The translations under genes were made by a program, and so were the position numbers. From assembly GCA_964608605.1 (NCBI GenBank), contig CAZSOS010000001.1, forward strand, positions 207,452 through 271,451: DNA of 64,000 nucleotides, read 5' to 3'. The notes below the pieces were generated by a model that was given only the letters and a program-made list of their open reading frames with translations, ran no database searches and was not told the origin of the DNA. The DNA is from an uncultured Candidatus Saccharibacteria bacterium (GTDB taxonomy: Bacteria; Patescibacteriota; Minisyncoccia; Phycocordibacterales; UBA918). Below are positions 15,799 to 29,300 of this stretch, one piece after another. Every line of letters starts with the position of its first letter. Within the stretch, counting starts at the first letter, position 1.

Positions 15799-18051
15799 GT
15801 GTATCTAAAACACCTCACTATCAACGGCTTCAAATCCTTCGCCAAGAAAGGCGAGTTGGAGTTTTCCGCGCCCATCACTTCCATCGTGGGACCGAACGGT
15901 TCGGGAAAATCGAACGTGGCCGAATCCTTCCGCTTCGTGCTCGGAGAACAGTCACCCTCTAAGATGCGCGGCAAAAAGGGCGAGGATCTCATCTGGGGCG
16001 GTTCCGACCAGGTGTCCCGCGGCAATCGGGCCTCGGTATCCGTTACCCTCGACAATCAGAAGCGGGTCTTCGGTCTTGATTTCGACGAGATCGTCCTCGA
16101 GCGCGTCGTCCATCGCGACGGCCAGAACGAATACCTCATAAATGGCAGCCAAGTGCGTCTTAAGGACGTACAGGAACTTCTGGCTGCCGCCAACATCGGT
16201 CCCTCCGGCCACCACATCATCTCTCAGGGCGAGGCCGACCGTATCCTTTCAGCTAGCCCTAAGGAACGCCGCGAGATGATCGAGGACGCGCTCGGACTCA
16301 AGGTCTATCAGCTGAAGAAGGGCGAGGCCGAGAAGAAACTCGACAAGACCAAAGAGAACATCGAAAGGGTGGAAGGACTGCGCCGCGAGGTGGCCCCGCA
16401 CCTGCGGTTCTTGGAGAAGCAGGTGAAGAAGCTCGAGCGCGCCACGGAGACCCGCGAACGCTTACGCGCCACCTACGCCGAGTACCTGAAGCGGGAAGAT
16501 ATCTATCTGGCCGCTTGGCAGGACCGCGTCAAGAACGAGCTCGAACCGCTTAGGTCCAGCCTTAAAGACATAGAGGCTTCCTTGGCGGAAGCCCGCGACG
16601 TTCTGGAGTCCAAACAGCAGGACGAGCAGCGCGGGGCTTTGGTAGCCGCCGAAAGGGAGTTATCGGAAGCCCGCCAGGGTCGTCAGGACCTGCTGAGAAC
16701 GGTCGGCTCTTTGGAGGGACAAATAGCTTTCATAGAGCGGCGTGTCGAAGAGGCCAAGCGCCGTGAGGGGCAGGGAAAGGACGTCAAGATCGCCTACCTT
16801 GACCTGGACAAGGTGGTGACGGTACTCGAACGAGAGGCCGAGCGCGCCGCGGCGGAAAGCGACGTCTCGAGATTGCGCCGCACCATCGCCGATTTCGCCC
16901 GTACTCTGCGGCAGTTCTTGTCCCAGGCCGCGCGCGTCGAAGATCCTTCGACCGCGGCCGAGGAGAACGAGCTGGTCCGTTTGCGCGAACAGAAATCGAC
17001 AGTGGACGTCAAACTGAAGGCGGCGGAGAAGCGGGAGGCCGAGGCCGAGGCCGCGTACCAAAAGGTCCGGACCGAGATCGAAAAGGACCGCGACCAGAGC
17101 CGCGAGGCGGAGCGCCGGGTCTTCGCTTTGGTCAACGAACGCCGCGAGCTCGAATCCTCCCTGACGCGGCTGGAGTTCGAAGAGACGGCCCTGTCCCGCG
17201 ACCGCGACGAGTTCAAGCGGGAGCTCCAGGAAGCCGTGGCGCTTCTGGGCCGCGGCGCCACGGATTATCTGGAGCATGACCTCGGCGAACCCAAGAACGC
17301 GGTAACTTCCGAAGATCGCGAAAAGCAGCGCGACCGCCGTCGGGAACTGGAGAAGATGAAGATCCGCCTCGAAGAGCTTGGCGGCGCCAACGCCGACCTG
17401 GAAGCCGAATACAAGAACGTGAAGGAGCGGGATGACTTTTTAGTACGTGAGATCAACGACCTTAATACTTCGGTTTCCAAGCTCGAAGAGCTTATCGGGG
17501 AGCTCGAAGCGCAGCTCGACGCGCGTTTCGGCAGCGGTATCGAGAAGATCAGCGCTGAATTCAATAAATTCTTCGCGCTCATGTTCGGCGGGGGTACCGC
17601 CGAACTGACGCGGGTGAAGCTGGAGACCCGCCGGCGCAAGACGAGCGAAGACGAAGAGCTGCCGGAGGAGGAAGAGGTCCCGACCGCCAAGGCCGAGACC
17701 GGCATCGAGATCGGGGTGAAGCTGCCGAACAAACGGGTCAAAGGGCTCGACATGCTTTCCGGCGGCGAGCGGGCGTTGACCTCGATCGCACTCATCTTCG
17801 CCATGAGCCAGGTCAATCCGCCCTTGTTCATCATCCTCGACGAGACCGACGCAGCCTTGGACGAGGCCAACAGCCGCCGTTATGGCGACATGATCGAGGC
17901 TTTGGCGAAGAAGTCCCAGCTCATCCTCATCACCCATAACCGTGAGACCATGAGCCGCGCCGGTATCCTCTACGGCGTCACCATGTCCGGGGACGGCGTT
18001 TCGAAACTTCTTTCAGTGAAACTCCAGGATGCTCTGGCCGTGGCCAAATAA
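15799..18051 (+). CDS. smc: SMC-family chromosome segregation ATPase (short, 750 aa)
   Basis: GTG start. N-terminal Walker A GPNGSGKSN, long coiled coils, C-terminal LSGGERALTSIALIFAM...ILDETDAALD signature/Walker B. Confidence 0.85.
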   Translation: MYLKHLTINGFKSFAKKGELEFSAPITSIVGPNGSGKSNVAESFRFVLGEQSPSKMRGKKGEDLIWGGSDQVSRGNRASVSVTLDNQKRVFGLDFDEIVLERVVHRDGQNEYLINGSQVRLKDVQELLAAANIGPSGHHIISQGEADRILSASPKERREMIEDALGLKVYQLKKGEAEKKLDKTKENIERVEGLRREVAPHLRFLEKQVKKLERATETRERLRATYAEYLKREDIYLAAWQDRVKNELEPLRSSLKDIEASLAEARDVLESKQQDEQRGALVAAERELSEARQGRQDLLRTVGSLEGQIAFIERRVEEAKRREGQGKDVKIAYLDLDKVVTVLEREAERAAAESDVSRLRRTIADFARTLRQFLSQAARVEDPSTAAEENELVRLREQKSTVDVKLKAAEKREAEAEAAYQKVRTEIEKDRDQSREAERRVFALVNERRELESSLTRLEFEETALSRDRDEFKRELQEAVALLGRGATDYLEHDLGEPKNAVTSEDREKQRDRRRELEKMKIRLEELGGANADLEAEYKNVKERDDFLVREINDLNTSVSKLEELIGELEAQLDARFGSGIEKISAEFNKFFALMFGGGTAELTRVKLETRRRKTSEDEELPEEEEVPTAKAETGIEIGVKLPNKRVKGLDMLSGGERALTSIALIFAMSQVNPPLFIILDETDAALDEANSRRYGDMIEALAKKSQLILITHNRETMSRAGILYGVTMSGDGVSKLLSVKLQDALAVAK

Positions 18052-18486
18052 GACCTTCTTAAGGACACCTGGCTTGGGATATACTCTCTAAACAAAGTGA
18101 GTCGGCCTTAAAAAAGAAAAACCCGGACAGGAACGTGATGCTTGTTGGCATGCACGATCGCGTCCGGGCTGGTCGTAACGGCTGATGGCGATCACGACAC
18201 TTCCTCCTCGTGCTCGGTATGAAAAAAGTCGGCCTTGAACCTGTGTTCAACGGCCAGCTTCTCAAGATCCGGCAAGGGCAGGCCGGAATCGAATCGAAAC
18301 CAGGCGCTCGTCTGCATGTGGCTAACCCTGATATTGTCAGCTCGCGCTTGATCTATCAGGAACCGTCTGAACCTGTCAGTCTCGCCTCCCCGGAAGGGAG
18401 TAGAGAGGTTGGCAGTAAAAGTGGGCAATTTGATCACCTCCTTCCTATCTGTTGCAACAATAGCAGAAACGAGAAAGTTGCCGTGA

Positions 18487-18515
18487 TTGACTTTTATCTT
18501 TAAATATGATATACT
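18487..18515 (+). promoter_or_regulatory. near-consensus sigma70 promoter TTGACT-N17-TATACT
   Basis: Read directly. AAGGAG RBS 8 nt before the TTG start at 18549. Confidence 0.6.
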
Positions 18516-18548
18516 GTAAGGGTAACGTACCTTCAAGGAGAACTTGAT

Positions 18549-18842
18549 TTGCTTAGCATCGCGTTGAAAGACCTGCCAGTCCGCAAGCATTGGAAGAGGA
18601 AGCTACCGATGGCATTTCGCGCCAGACGACGGCCCCACCCGACCGAGTCGACACGCGTCGTCGTGCAGAAGCCCGAGCATGATCCCATGCTCGTCGAACT
18701 CGAGCGGGACGCCGCGATCGCGGCGGCCAAGATCAATCGCCTCACCGAGCAGCTCGCGCGGGAGCGGAAGAAGGCCGCCAAGATCGAAAAGAAGATCAGG
18801 GAGCGTCAGAAGGCGCTTGGCATCGAGCCCAAAGAGGCATGA
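18549..18842 (+). CDS. small basic coiled-coil protein (hypothetical, 97 aa; alternative ATG at 18609)
   Basis: Strong promoter and SD, Lys/Arg-rich helical C-terminus (ERKKAAKIEKKIRERQKALG), and a strong terminator immediately after the stop. Confidence 0.55.
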   Translation: MLSIALKDLPVRKHWKRKLPMAFRARRRPHPTESTRVVVQKPEHDPMLVELERDAAIAAAKINRLTEQLARERKKAAKIEKKIRERQKALGIEPKEA

Positions 18843-18846
18843 CACA

Positions 18847-18890
18847 GGCCCGCGGGAATTCAGGATCACTCCTGAATTCCCGCGGGCCTT
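18847..18890 (+). terminator. intrinsic terminator
   Basis: CCCGCGGGAATTCAGG / CCTGAATTCCCGCGGG perfect inverted repeat followed by CCTTTTCC. Confidence 0.7.
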
Positions 18891-18909
18891 TTCCTTATCG
18901 ACCGTGCCC

Positions 18910-20922
18910 TTAACGCTTGACCACGATCTCGTAATCCAATTGTTTCTCCTCCAAGTTGGCCCTAACTACTTTGAAACGCACGGTGTCGCCTAAACGATAG
19001 ACTTTGCCATTCCGCTGGCCCTTGACCGCGTAGGCGCTAGCTAGGTGCTCGTAGTAGTCGTCGCGCATGGAAGACAGGCGCACCATGCCTTCCGACTTCG
19101 ACTCCTTCTCCTCGACGTAGATGCCCCAGTCGGACACGCCGGAGATGACGCCGTCGAATTCCTGTCCCAGCTTCGGGGCCATATATTCCACCTGCTTGTA
19201 TTTGATCGAGTCGCGTTCGGCGCGGACCGCCTCCATCTCCCGCTCGGAAGACTGCACCGAGAGCCTCTCGAATCTAGCTACCTCTTGCGCGCTGATGATC
19301 GAACCGTCGAGATGGCGGCGCAGCAAGCGGTGGGCCATCATGTCGGGGTAGCGGCGGATCGGGGAAGTGAAGTGGGTATAGAACTTGAACGCCAGACCGA
19401 AGTGGCCGATGTTCTTGGTCGAGTAGATGGCCTTGGCCATGGAGCGGATGGTGGCGGTCTTGATCAGAGCCTCCTCCGGTTTGCCCTCGATGTCCTTGAG
19501 GAGCTTGTTGATGTCGCGCGCGTCCACCACCCCCTCCTTGGTCGCGAATTCGTATCCCAACGCCCGGATGAAAGTACCCAGTTCCTCGATCTTCTCGGGA
19601 TCCGGCAGGTCGTGGATGCGATAGACGAAGGCGGCGTCCCGCTTCCGGCTCTTGGCCAGTTTATGAATATACGTAGCCACGCTCTGGTTGGCCAGAAGCA
19701 TGTAATCCTCGATCATCATCATCGTCTCGGTGCGATGCTTCACGTAGGCGCGGATCGGGTAACCCTTTTCATCGAGCTCGAACTTCACCTCCGGCTGCTC
19801 GAAGGCGATGGCGCCTTCCTGGAAGCGTTCAGAACGGATAAGCCTGGAGAGCTCCATCATCTTAAAGAGTTCGTCATGGTGATCGCCAGCGCCTTTGTCG
19901 AGCACTTGCTGGGCCTCTTCATAAGTGAAGCGCCTATCGGAATGGATGATGGTCTGACCGTACCACTCGCCGACCACTTCGGCCCGTTCGTTCATCTCGA
20001 ATACCGCCGAAAAGGCCAACCGGTCTTCGTTCGGCCGCAGGGAGCAAAGATCGTTCGAGAGCACCTCCGGCAACATCGGGATCACCCGGTCCACCAGGTA
20101 GATGGAGGTGCCGCGCTCCTGCGCTTCTTCATCGATCGCGTCGCCCTCGCGCACGTAGTGCGACACGTCGGCGATGTGGATGCCGATCTCGTAGTTACCG
20201 TTGTCGAGCTTCTGGAAGGACAGGGCGTCGTCGAAATCCTTGGCGTCCTTGGGGTCGATGGTCATGGTCAGCACCGCTCGCATGTCGCGGCGTTTCGGGT
20301 CCGCTTCGGCCTCCGCAAATATCCGCTCCTTGTCGTCGTACAAGGCCTTGGCCGCCTCCGATACCTTGAGAGGGAAGTTCTCGGAGAAACCGCCGCCCCT
20401 GATAATGGCCTGCATCTCGGTCTCGTGATCCCCGGCCTTACCTAAGACTTCGGTGATGGCGCCCAGCGGCTCCCGAGAAGGGTCGCTCCACTTCACCATC
20501 TTGATGACCACCTTCATGCCCACCTTATCGGCCGCGTCGTCAGGTAGCGCGAAGCGGGTGTGGATCCTCCGGCTGTCCGGCTGGAAATAGTAGCGGCTCT
20601 TCTCGGCGTTCTTCTCGCGCAGAAAGTGATTGGAAATGGCCTTGGTCTCCGGCTCACGGTCCTTGACCACGCCGACGAACTCCTCTCGGGCCGACTCGAT
20701 GACCTCCAGCACCTTTCCTTCGCGGCGTTTGCCCTCGGTGGCTGGCAAAAGGGCGATCTTCACCAGGTCGCCATCGAAAGCGAAGCCCACATGACCGCTT
20801 TCTATCAAAATGTCCTCTTCATGTCCCGGCACCGGCACGAAACCGGTTCCCTTACCCCTAATGGCGATGATACCCTCGACGATCTCCTGTTTTGACATAA
20901 CTAAGTTCCGATAGCGTAACAC
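18910..20922 (-). CDS. rnr: ribonuclease R (RNB-family 3'-5' exoribonuclease)
   Basis: Cold-shock/OB N-terminus, RNB catalytic domain (TIDPKDAKDFDDALS) and C-terminal S1 domain. Confidence 0.9.
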   Translation of the reverse strand: MLRYRNLVMSKQEIVEGIIAIRGKGTGFVPVPGHEEDILIESGHVGFAFDGDLVKIALLPATEGKRREGKVLEVIESAREEFVGVVKDREPETKAISNHFLREKNAEKSRYYFQPDSRRIHTRFALPDDAADKVGMKVVIKMVKWSDPSREPLGAITEVLGKAGDHETEMQAIIRGGGFSENFPLKVSEAAKALYDDKERIFAEAEADPKRRDMRAVLTMTIDPKDAKDFDDALSFQKLDNGNYEIGIHIADVSHYVREGDAIDEEAQERGTSIYLVDRVIPMLPEVLSNDLCSLRPNEDRLAFSAVFEMNERAEVVGEWYGQTIIHSDRRFTYEEAQQVLDKGAGDHHDELFKMMELSRLIRSERFQEGAIAFEQPEVKFELDEKGYPIRAYVKHRTETMMMIEDYMLLANQSVATYIHKLAKSRKRDAAFVYRIHDLPDPEKIEELGTFIRALGYEFATKEGVVDARDINKLLKDIEGKPEEALIKTATIRSMAKAIYSTKNIGHFGLAFKFYTHFTSPIRRYPDMMAHRLLRRHLDGSIISAQEVARFERLSVQSSEREMEAVRAERDSIKYKQVEYMAPKLGQEFDGVISGVSDWGIYVEEKESKSEGMVRLSSMRDDYYEHLASAYAVKGQRNGKVYRLGDTVRFKVVRANLEEKQLDYEIVVKR

Positions 20923-20967
20923 AGGTTGACAATTAGCGCTATTTTGGTATCTTGGTGCTCACTATAT

Positions 20968-21387
20968 ATGTTAAAGATGAGATTACAGCGGGTTGGCCGC
21001 AAAAATGACCCCTCCTACCGAGTGGTGGTTACTGATTCCCGCAACGGCCCGAAATCAAGCAAGGAAGTTGATACCTTGGGTTCATACAGCGCCAAGAGCA
21101 ACGTTTTCGCCGTTGACGGCGAGCGGGCTAAGGACTGGATCGCTAAAGGCGTCCAGGTCTCTCCGACCGTTCACAACCTGCTCGTGACCAATAAGATGGT
21201 AGAAGGCAAGAAGATCAACGTCCTCCCGAAGAAATCTCCGATCATCGACGAAGAGAAGCTGAAGGCGGAAGCCGAAGCTAAGGCTGCAGAGGAAGCCGCT
21301 AAAAAGGCCGCTGAAGAAGCGGCCGCCGCTCCGGCTCCGGAACCAGCTCCCGAGACCGCTCCTGCCGAAGAGACTCAGGCCGCCTAG
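20968..21387 (+). CDS. rpsP: 30S ribosomal protein S16 with Ala/Glu/Pro-rich C-terminal extension
   Basis: MLKMRLQRVGRKNDPSYRVVVTD, plus a ~50-aa low-complexity tail. Confidence 0.9.
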   Translation: MLKMRLQRVGRKNDPSYRVVVTDSRNGPKSSKEVDTLGSYSAKSNVFAVDGERAKDWIAKGVQVSPTVHNLLVTNKMVEGKKINVLPKKSPIIDEEKLKAEAEAKAAEEAAKKAAEEAAAAPAPEPAPETAPAEETQAA

Positions 21388-21488
21388 TAACTCACAGCGC
21401 TCAATTGCGCTTTAGGTGGCGGTTGCTACCATTACCTAAGCAGCCGGACATACCGGACGCTTTAACTCAGACTAACTAATTTCAAGAT

Positions 21489-21842
21489 ATGCACGAAGAC
21501 CAGCAATTTTTAGAGATGCTCGTGAAGGCACTGGTCGACCACCCGGAAGCCGTGAAGACGAACCGTACCGTGGATGAAATGGGTGTCCTTCTCACTCTCG
21601 ACGTGCACGCCGAGGACATGGGCAAGATCATCGGCCGCTCCGGCAACACCGCCAAGGCCATCCGCACCCTCCTTCGCGTCGTCGGCATGAAGCACGACGC
21701 TCGGGTGAACCTCAAGATCAACGAGCCGGAAGGTGGTCGGGTCTCCCGCGACATGGCCGCTTCCATGGAGCCTTCAGCTGATGAGTCTATGCCAACTGAG
21801 CCCAAGTCTCTCGACCAAGCCATCGACGACCTGAAAATTTAA
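21489..21842 (+). CDS. KH-domain RNA-binding protein (UPF0109/YlqC-like)
   Basis: KH motif IIGRSGNTAKAIRTLL. Conserved position between rpsP and trmD. Confidence 0.8.
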   Translation: MHEDQQFLEMLVKALVDHPEAVKTNRTVDEMGVLLTLDVHAEDMGKIIGRSGNTAKAIRTLLRVVGMKHDARVNLKINEPEGGRVSRDMAASMEPSADESMPTEPKSLDQAIDDLKI

Positions 21843-21854
21843 AGTTGAAATTTC

Positions 21855-21950
21855 AAAATGGAAAATTTCGCTACGAGCTGGAAAGTACGTAGCGAAATTT
21901 TTCATTTTTAATTGTCATTTTGACTTTTGAGATTTGCATTTTACATTTAT
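21855..21950 (+). repeat. AT-rich repeated intergenic element, copy A (CAAAATGGAAAATT...TGTCATTTTGACTTTTGAGATTTGCATTTTACATT)
   Basis: ~35-bp 3' core nearly identical to 43702-43742 and a shared 5' 14-mer. Contains an embedded hairpin and a TTGACT-N17-TACATT promoter for trmD. Confidence 0.6.
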
Positions 21951-21953
21951 TCT

Positions 21954-22622
21954 ATGAACTTCCACGTTATCACTCTCTTTCCCGAAGTCTGCCAGGCGTA
22001 CACGGACGCCAGCGTGCTTGGCCGCGCCCAGAAGACCGACAAAGGAAAGGGGGCCAAGATACGGGGCAAGAAGATTTCCGTCAGTTACTACAATCCGCGC
22101 GACTTCACGACCGATAAACACCATAAAGCCGATGACCGTCCGTATGGTGGCGGTCCGGGCATGGTGATGAAAGCCGAGCCGATCTTAAAGGCTTGGGATA
22201 AAGCCGTTGGCCGCAAGAAAGGAAAGGTGAAGACACTCCTTATGTCGCCACGTGGCCAGAAGTTCGACCAACAGATGGCCAAAGACCTAGCGAGCAAGTA
22301 TGAACACGTAGTCTTGATCTCGGGCCGTTACGAGGGTATCGATGCTCGGGTAAAGGAAATACTAAAAGCTGAGGAAGTATCGGTGGGAGATTACGTGCTT
22401 ACCGGCGGTGAATTACCGGCCCTCACCATCATCGACGCCGTGGCTCGCGAAGTCCCCGGCGTCCTGGGCACCTTTGAATCCCTCGAAGACCAGCGCGTCT
22501 CCTCCGGCGAAATGTACACCCGCCCGGAAGTTTTGGAATATAAAAAGAAGAAGTACGAAGTCCCCGAAGTATTTTTAAGCGGAGATCATAAAAAGATCCA
22601 GAATAAACGTCGGGAAAAGTAA
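21954..22622 (+). CDS. trmD: tRNA (guanine37-N1)-methyltransferase
   Basis: MNFHVITLFPEV start and SPOUT knot motifs. Near-leaderless start. Confidence 0.9.
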   Translation: MNFHVITLFPEVCQAYTDASVLGRAQKTDKGKGAKIRGKKISVSYYNPRDFTTDKHHKADDRPYGGGPGMVMKAEPILKAWDKAVGRKKGKVKTLLMSPRGQKFDQQMAKDLASKYEHVVLISGRYEGIDARVKEILKAEEVSVGDYVLTGGELPALTIIDAVAREVPGVLGTFESLEDQRVSSGEMYTRPEVLEYKKKKYEVPEVFLSGDHKKIQNKRREK

Positions 22623-22623
22623 A

Positions 22624-22646
22624 ACCCGGACCACGATGGTCCGGGT
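22624..22646 (+). terminator. intrinsic terminator
   Basis: CCCGGACCACGATGGTCCGGG. Confidence 0.6.
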
Positions 22647-22799
22647 GCCCATTTCTCGGCGCAACCTGCCGTCCTTGAAGGATCAGTCACCTGCAGCCTA
22701 TGGGGACCTCGCGAGTCGTACCAATTATCGAGCTGACCGGTCCATGGGCCCGATTATCATACCTTTTAATATAATTGAAGGCCATTATCCCCAAAAACC

Positions 22800-23015
22800 C
22801 CTTGCCAAAAATCCTATTTTCTGCTATGTTTTATCCACTTGCGATTTGGGGGTGATTGTGTTGCGGTTGTCCGCTTCCAAATCTAGGTGGGTGGGGGACG
22901 GAAAGATCATAGGCCTATGATCTTTCCGTCCCAAGATAGACATCTGGGGAATGTTTATTTCTATAAAATAACCGCAAAAAATTAACTAACGGCACTTCGT
23001 GCCGGCTTTTGCGTG
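22800..23015 (+). other. structured intergenic region upstream of rpoB (possible leader RNA or small ncRNA)
   Basis: Putative promoter TTGCCA-N17-TATGTT (~22803-22832). Perfect 19-bp-stem hairpin GGGACGGAAAGATCATAGG/CCTATGATCTTTCCGTCCC (22886-22925). Second hairpin CCGGCACTTCGTGCCGG followed by CTTTTG (~22993-23015). Confidence 0.35.
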
Positions 23016-23058
23016 TTATAGCCTCGTTTTAATAAATTTATAAGCGTCACAGCAAGAT

Positions 23059-26274
<3,216 letters not shown>

Positions 26275-26300
26275 TAGCCTCACCATTCATATATAATCTT

Positions 26301-29300
26301 ATGGAAACAACAAACACGAATTCCGCCAGCCGTCCGCCGCGCCGTCCGCGGACGCCCCAGCAGTTCACCGGCGTCGGCCTCAAGCTGGCCAGCCCGGAGC
26401 GCATCCTGGAATGGTCGCATGGTGAGGTGACCAAGCCCGAGACCATCAACTACCGCACCCAGCGGCCGGAGAAGCACGGCCTCTTCGACGAGCGCATCTT
26501 CGGCCCGGTCGAGGACTACGAGTGCTCCTGCAAGAAATATCGCGGCATCCGCTACAAGGGCATCGTCTGCGAGAAGTGCGGAGTGGAGATCACTAGAGCC
26601 ATCGTGCGCCGCGAGCGCATGGGCCACATCGACCTTTGCGTGCCGGTGTCGCACATCTGGTTCTTGCGCGGCGTGCCTTCCCGCATCGCTCTCATCCTCG
26701 GCATCTCCGCCACCGACATCGAGAAGGTGATCTACTTCGCCGGCTATATCGTGACCAAGGTGTCTGAGACCGAGCGCGCCCGTCTTTTGGCCGAGCTCTC
26801 CACCGAGTTCAAGGCCAAGTCCAAGGAACTCAAGAACGAAGCCGCTCTCCTGGAACTCAAGGAGCGCATGGACGAGGTGAAGAAGGAGATCAACTCCATC
26901 CAGCAGGGCACGGTGCTCGACGAGAACAAATTCCACAAGTTCTCCATCAAGTACGGCACTCTCTTCGAAGCCAAGATCGGCGCCGAGAGCGTGTACGAGC
27001 TTTTCAAGCATATCGATCTGAAGACCCTGGAAGCCCGTCTGGTCGAGGAACGCGAGACCGCCGGCGCCATGGAGCGCGCCAAGCTCGACAAGCGCCTCGG
27101 TCTGGTGCGCGGGATGCTTCACTCTGGCGTTCGCCCGGAGTGGATGTTCCTCAACCGCCTGCCGGTCATCCCGCCGGCCCTGCGGCCGATGGTGGCCCTT
27201 GAAGGCGGCCGTCACGCTTCTTCCGACCTGAACGACCTTTATCGTCGCGTCATCAACCGCAACAACCGCCTCAAGAAGCTGATCGACATCATGGCGCCGG
27301 ACGTGATCCTCAGGAACGAAAAGCGCATCCTGCAGGAGGCCGTCGACGCCCTTATCGACAATTCCATCCGTCATGGCAATAGCGCCTACTCGATGATGAG
27401 TCAGGCTCAGCGCCGGCCGTTGAAGTCCCTTTCCGATTACCTCAAGTCCAAGCAGGGCTACTTCCGCCAGAACCTTCTCGGCAAGCGCGTGGACTACTCG
27501 GGACGCTCCGTGATCGTCATCGGTCCGGACCTGGACCTCGACCAGTGCGGTCTCCCTAAGCACATGGCGCTCGAGCTCTTCCGTCCGTTCGTCATCTCCG
27601 AGCTTTTGCGCCAGGAGTTGGCCTACAACATCCGCGGCGCCGGCCGTCTAATCGAAGACGGAGTACCCGAGGTGTGGGCGATCCTCGAGAATATCATCAA
27701 GAACAAGCACGTGATGCTGAACCGCGCCCCGACCCTGCACCGCCAGGGCATCCAGGCGTTCCGCCCGGTCCTGATCGAGGGTAACGCCATCCAGGTGCAC
27801 CCGCTGGTCTGCCGCGCCTTCAACGCCGACTTCGACGGCGACCAAATGGCCGTGCACGTGCCGCTCTCTGAAGAGGCGCAGCTCGAGGCCAAGGAGATCA
27901 TCTCGGCCAACAAGAACATCCTGAAGCCAGGCTCATCCGAGCCGGTCGTGTCCGAGAAGCTTCTCGACATGGCGCTAGGCGCTTACTGGATGACCAAGAT
28001 CATCGACGGCGCTAAGGGCGAGGGCAAATTCTTCGCTTCTCCCAACGACGCCATTAACGCCTACGACTACGGCATCATCGATTTCCGCGCCCGCATCAAG
28101 GTGCTGGCGACCGACACCGATAAGTACAAGCAGTTCGATAATAAGATCTTCGAGACCTCGGTCGGCCGTCTCTTGTTCAACAGCGTGCTACCGAGCGACC
28201 ACTCGTTCATCAACGACGTCGTGGTGCAGAAGACCCTCTTCAACATCATCATCGACATCATCGACGACCGCGGCGCCGACGCCGTGCCGCCGATCGTGGA
28301 CAAGCTGAAGAAGTTCGGCTTCAAGTACGCCACTCAGTCGGGCACCACTTGGGGCATCGACGAGGTGGTGGTTCCAAAAGAGAAGGAAACCATCATCGAG
28401 AAGGCTCGCGTGGCCGAGCGGGAAGTGTTCGCCCACTACGACGAGGGTCTCATCTCTCGCGACGAACGTCGCCGCATGATCGTGGAGATCTGGCACCGCG
28501 CCAAGAGCGAGCTGGAGACCATCCTGCCAGAGACCCTGGAGGAGACCGGTTCCGCCTTCGAGATGTGGAAGTCCGGCGCCCGCGGTTCTCTGGGACAGAT
28601 CGGCCAGATGGCCGGCATGAAGGGCCTCATCGTCAACACTCGCGGCGAGACCCTGGAGTTCCCGGTCCTTTCTTCGATGAAGGAGGGCATGACCCCGATC
28701 GAGTACTTCATCACCACTCACGGCTCCCGCAAAGGTCTCGCTGACACTGCGCTCCAGACCGCCAAGGCCGGTTACCTGACCCGCCGTCTCTTCGTGGTGG
28801 CCCAGGATGCCATCGTCACCGAAGAGGACTGCAAGACCAAGCAAGGCACCAAGATCAGCCGCGTCTCGGCTTCCGGCATCGAGATCGCCTTCTCGAAGGC
28901 CATCAAGGGCCGCGTGCTCGTCGAGGACGCCGTCGACGCGAAAGGTAACGTCGTCTTTAAGAAGGGCCATCTCTTGTCCCGTCGCGACGCCGTGGCGCTC
29001 GAAGGCACCACCTGCAGCTCAGTAGTGGTTCGCTCGCCGATGACCTGCGCCACTTTGCGCGGCGTCTGCCAGCAGTGCTACGGACACGATCTCACCACCA
29101 ATCAGATAGTGGACATCGGCGAGGCCGTTGGTACCGTGGCCGCCCAGGCGATCGGTGAACCGGGAACCCAGCTCACCATGAACACCAAGCACGCCGGCGG
29201 CGCCGCCTCAGTGGGAGGCGACGTGACCCAGGGTCTGCCGCGCGTCGAGGAGGTATTCGAGAAGCGCCAGCCGAAGATCCCGGCCGTCGTCTCTAAGACC

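Noticed and set aside
18192-18590. A 132-aa minus-strand ORF in the smc-rnr spacer.
   Set aside because: It overlaps the near-consensus plus-strand promoter and start of the 18549 ORF, and it has no RBS. It is kept only as the alternative reading in the relevant finding.
22636-22920. A 94-aa ORF in the trmD-rpoB spacer.
   Set aside because: It has no RBS and no motifs, it spans predicted promoter and hairpin elements, and its composition is unlike neighbouring genes. The region was treated as non-coding or a possible ncRNA.
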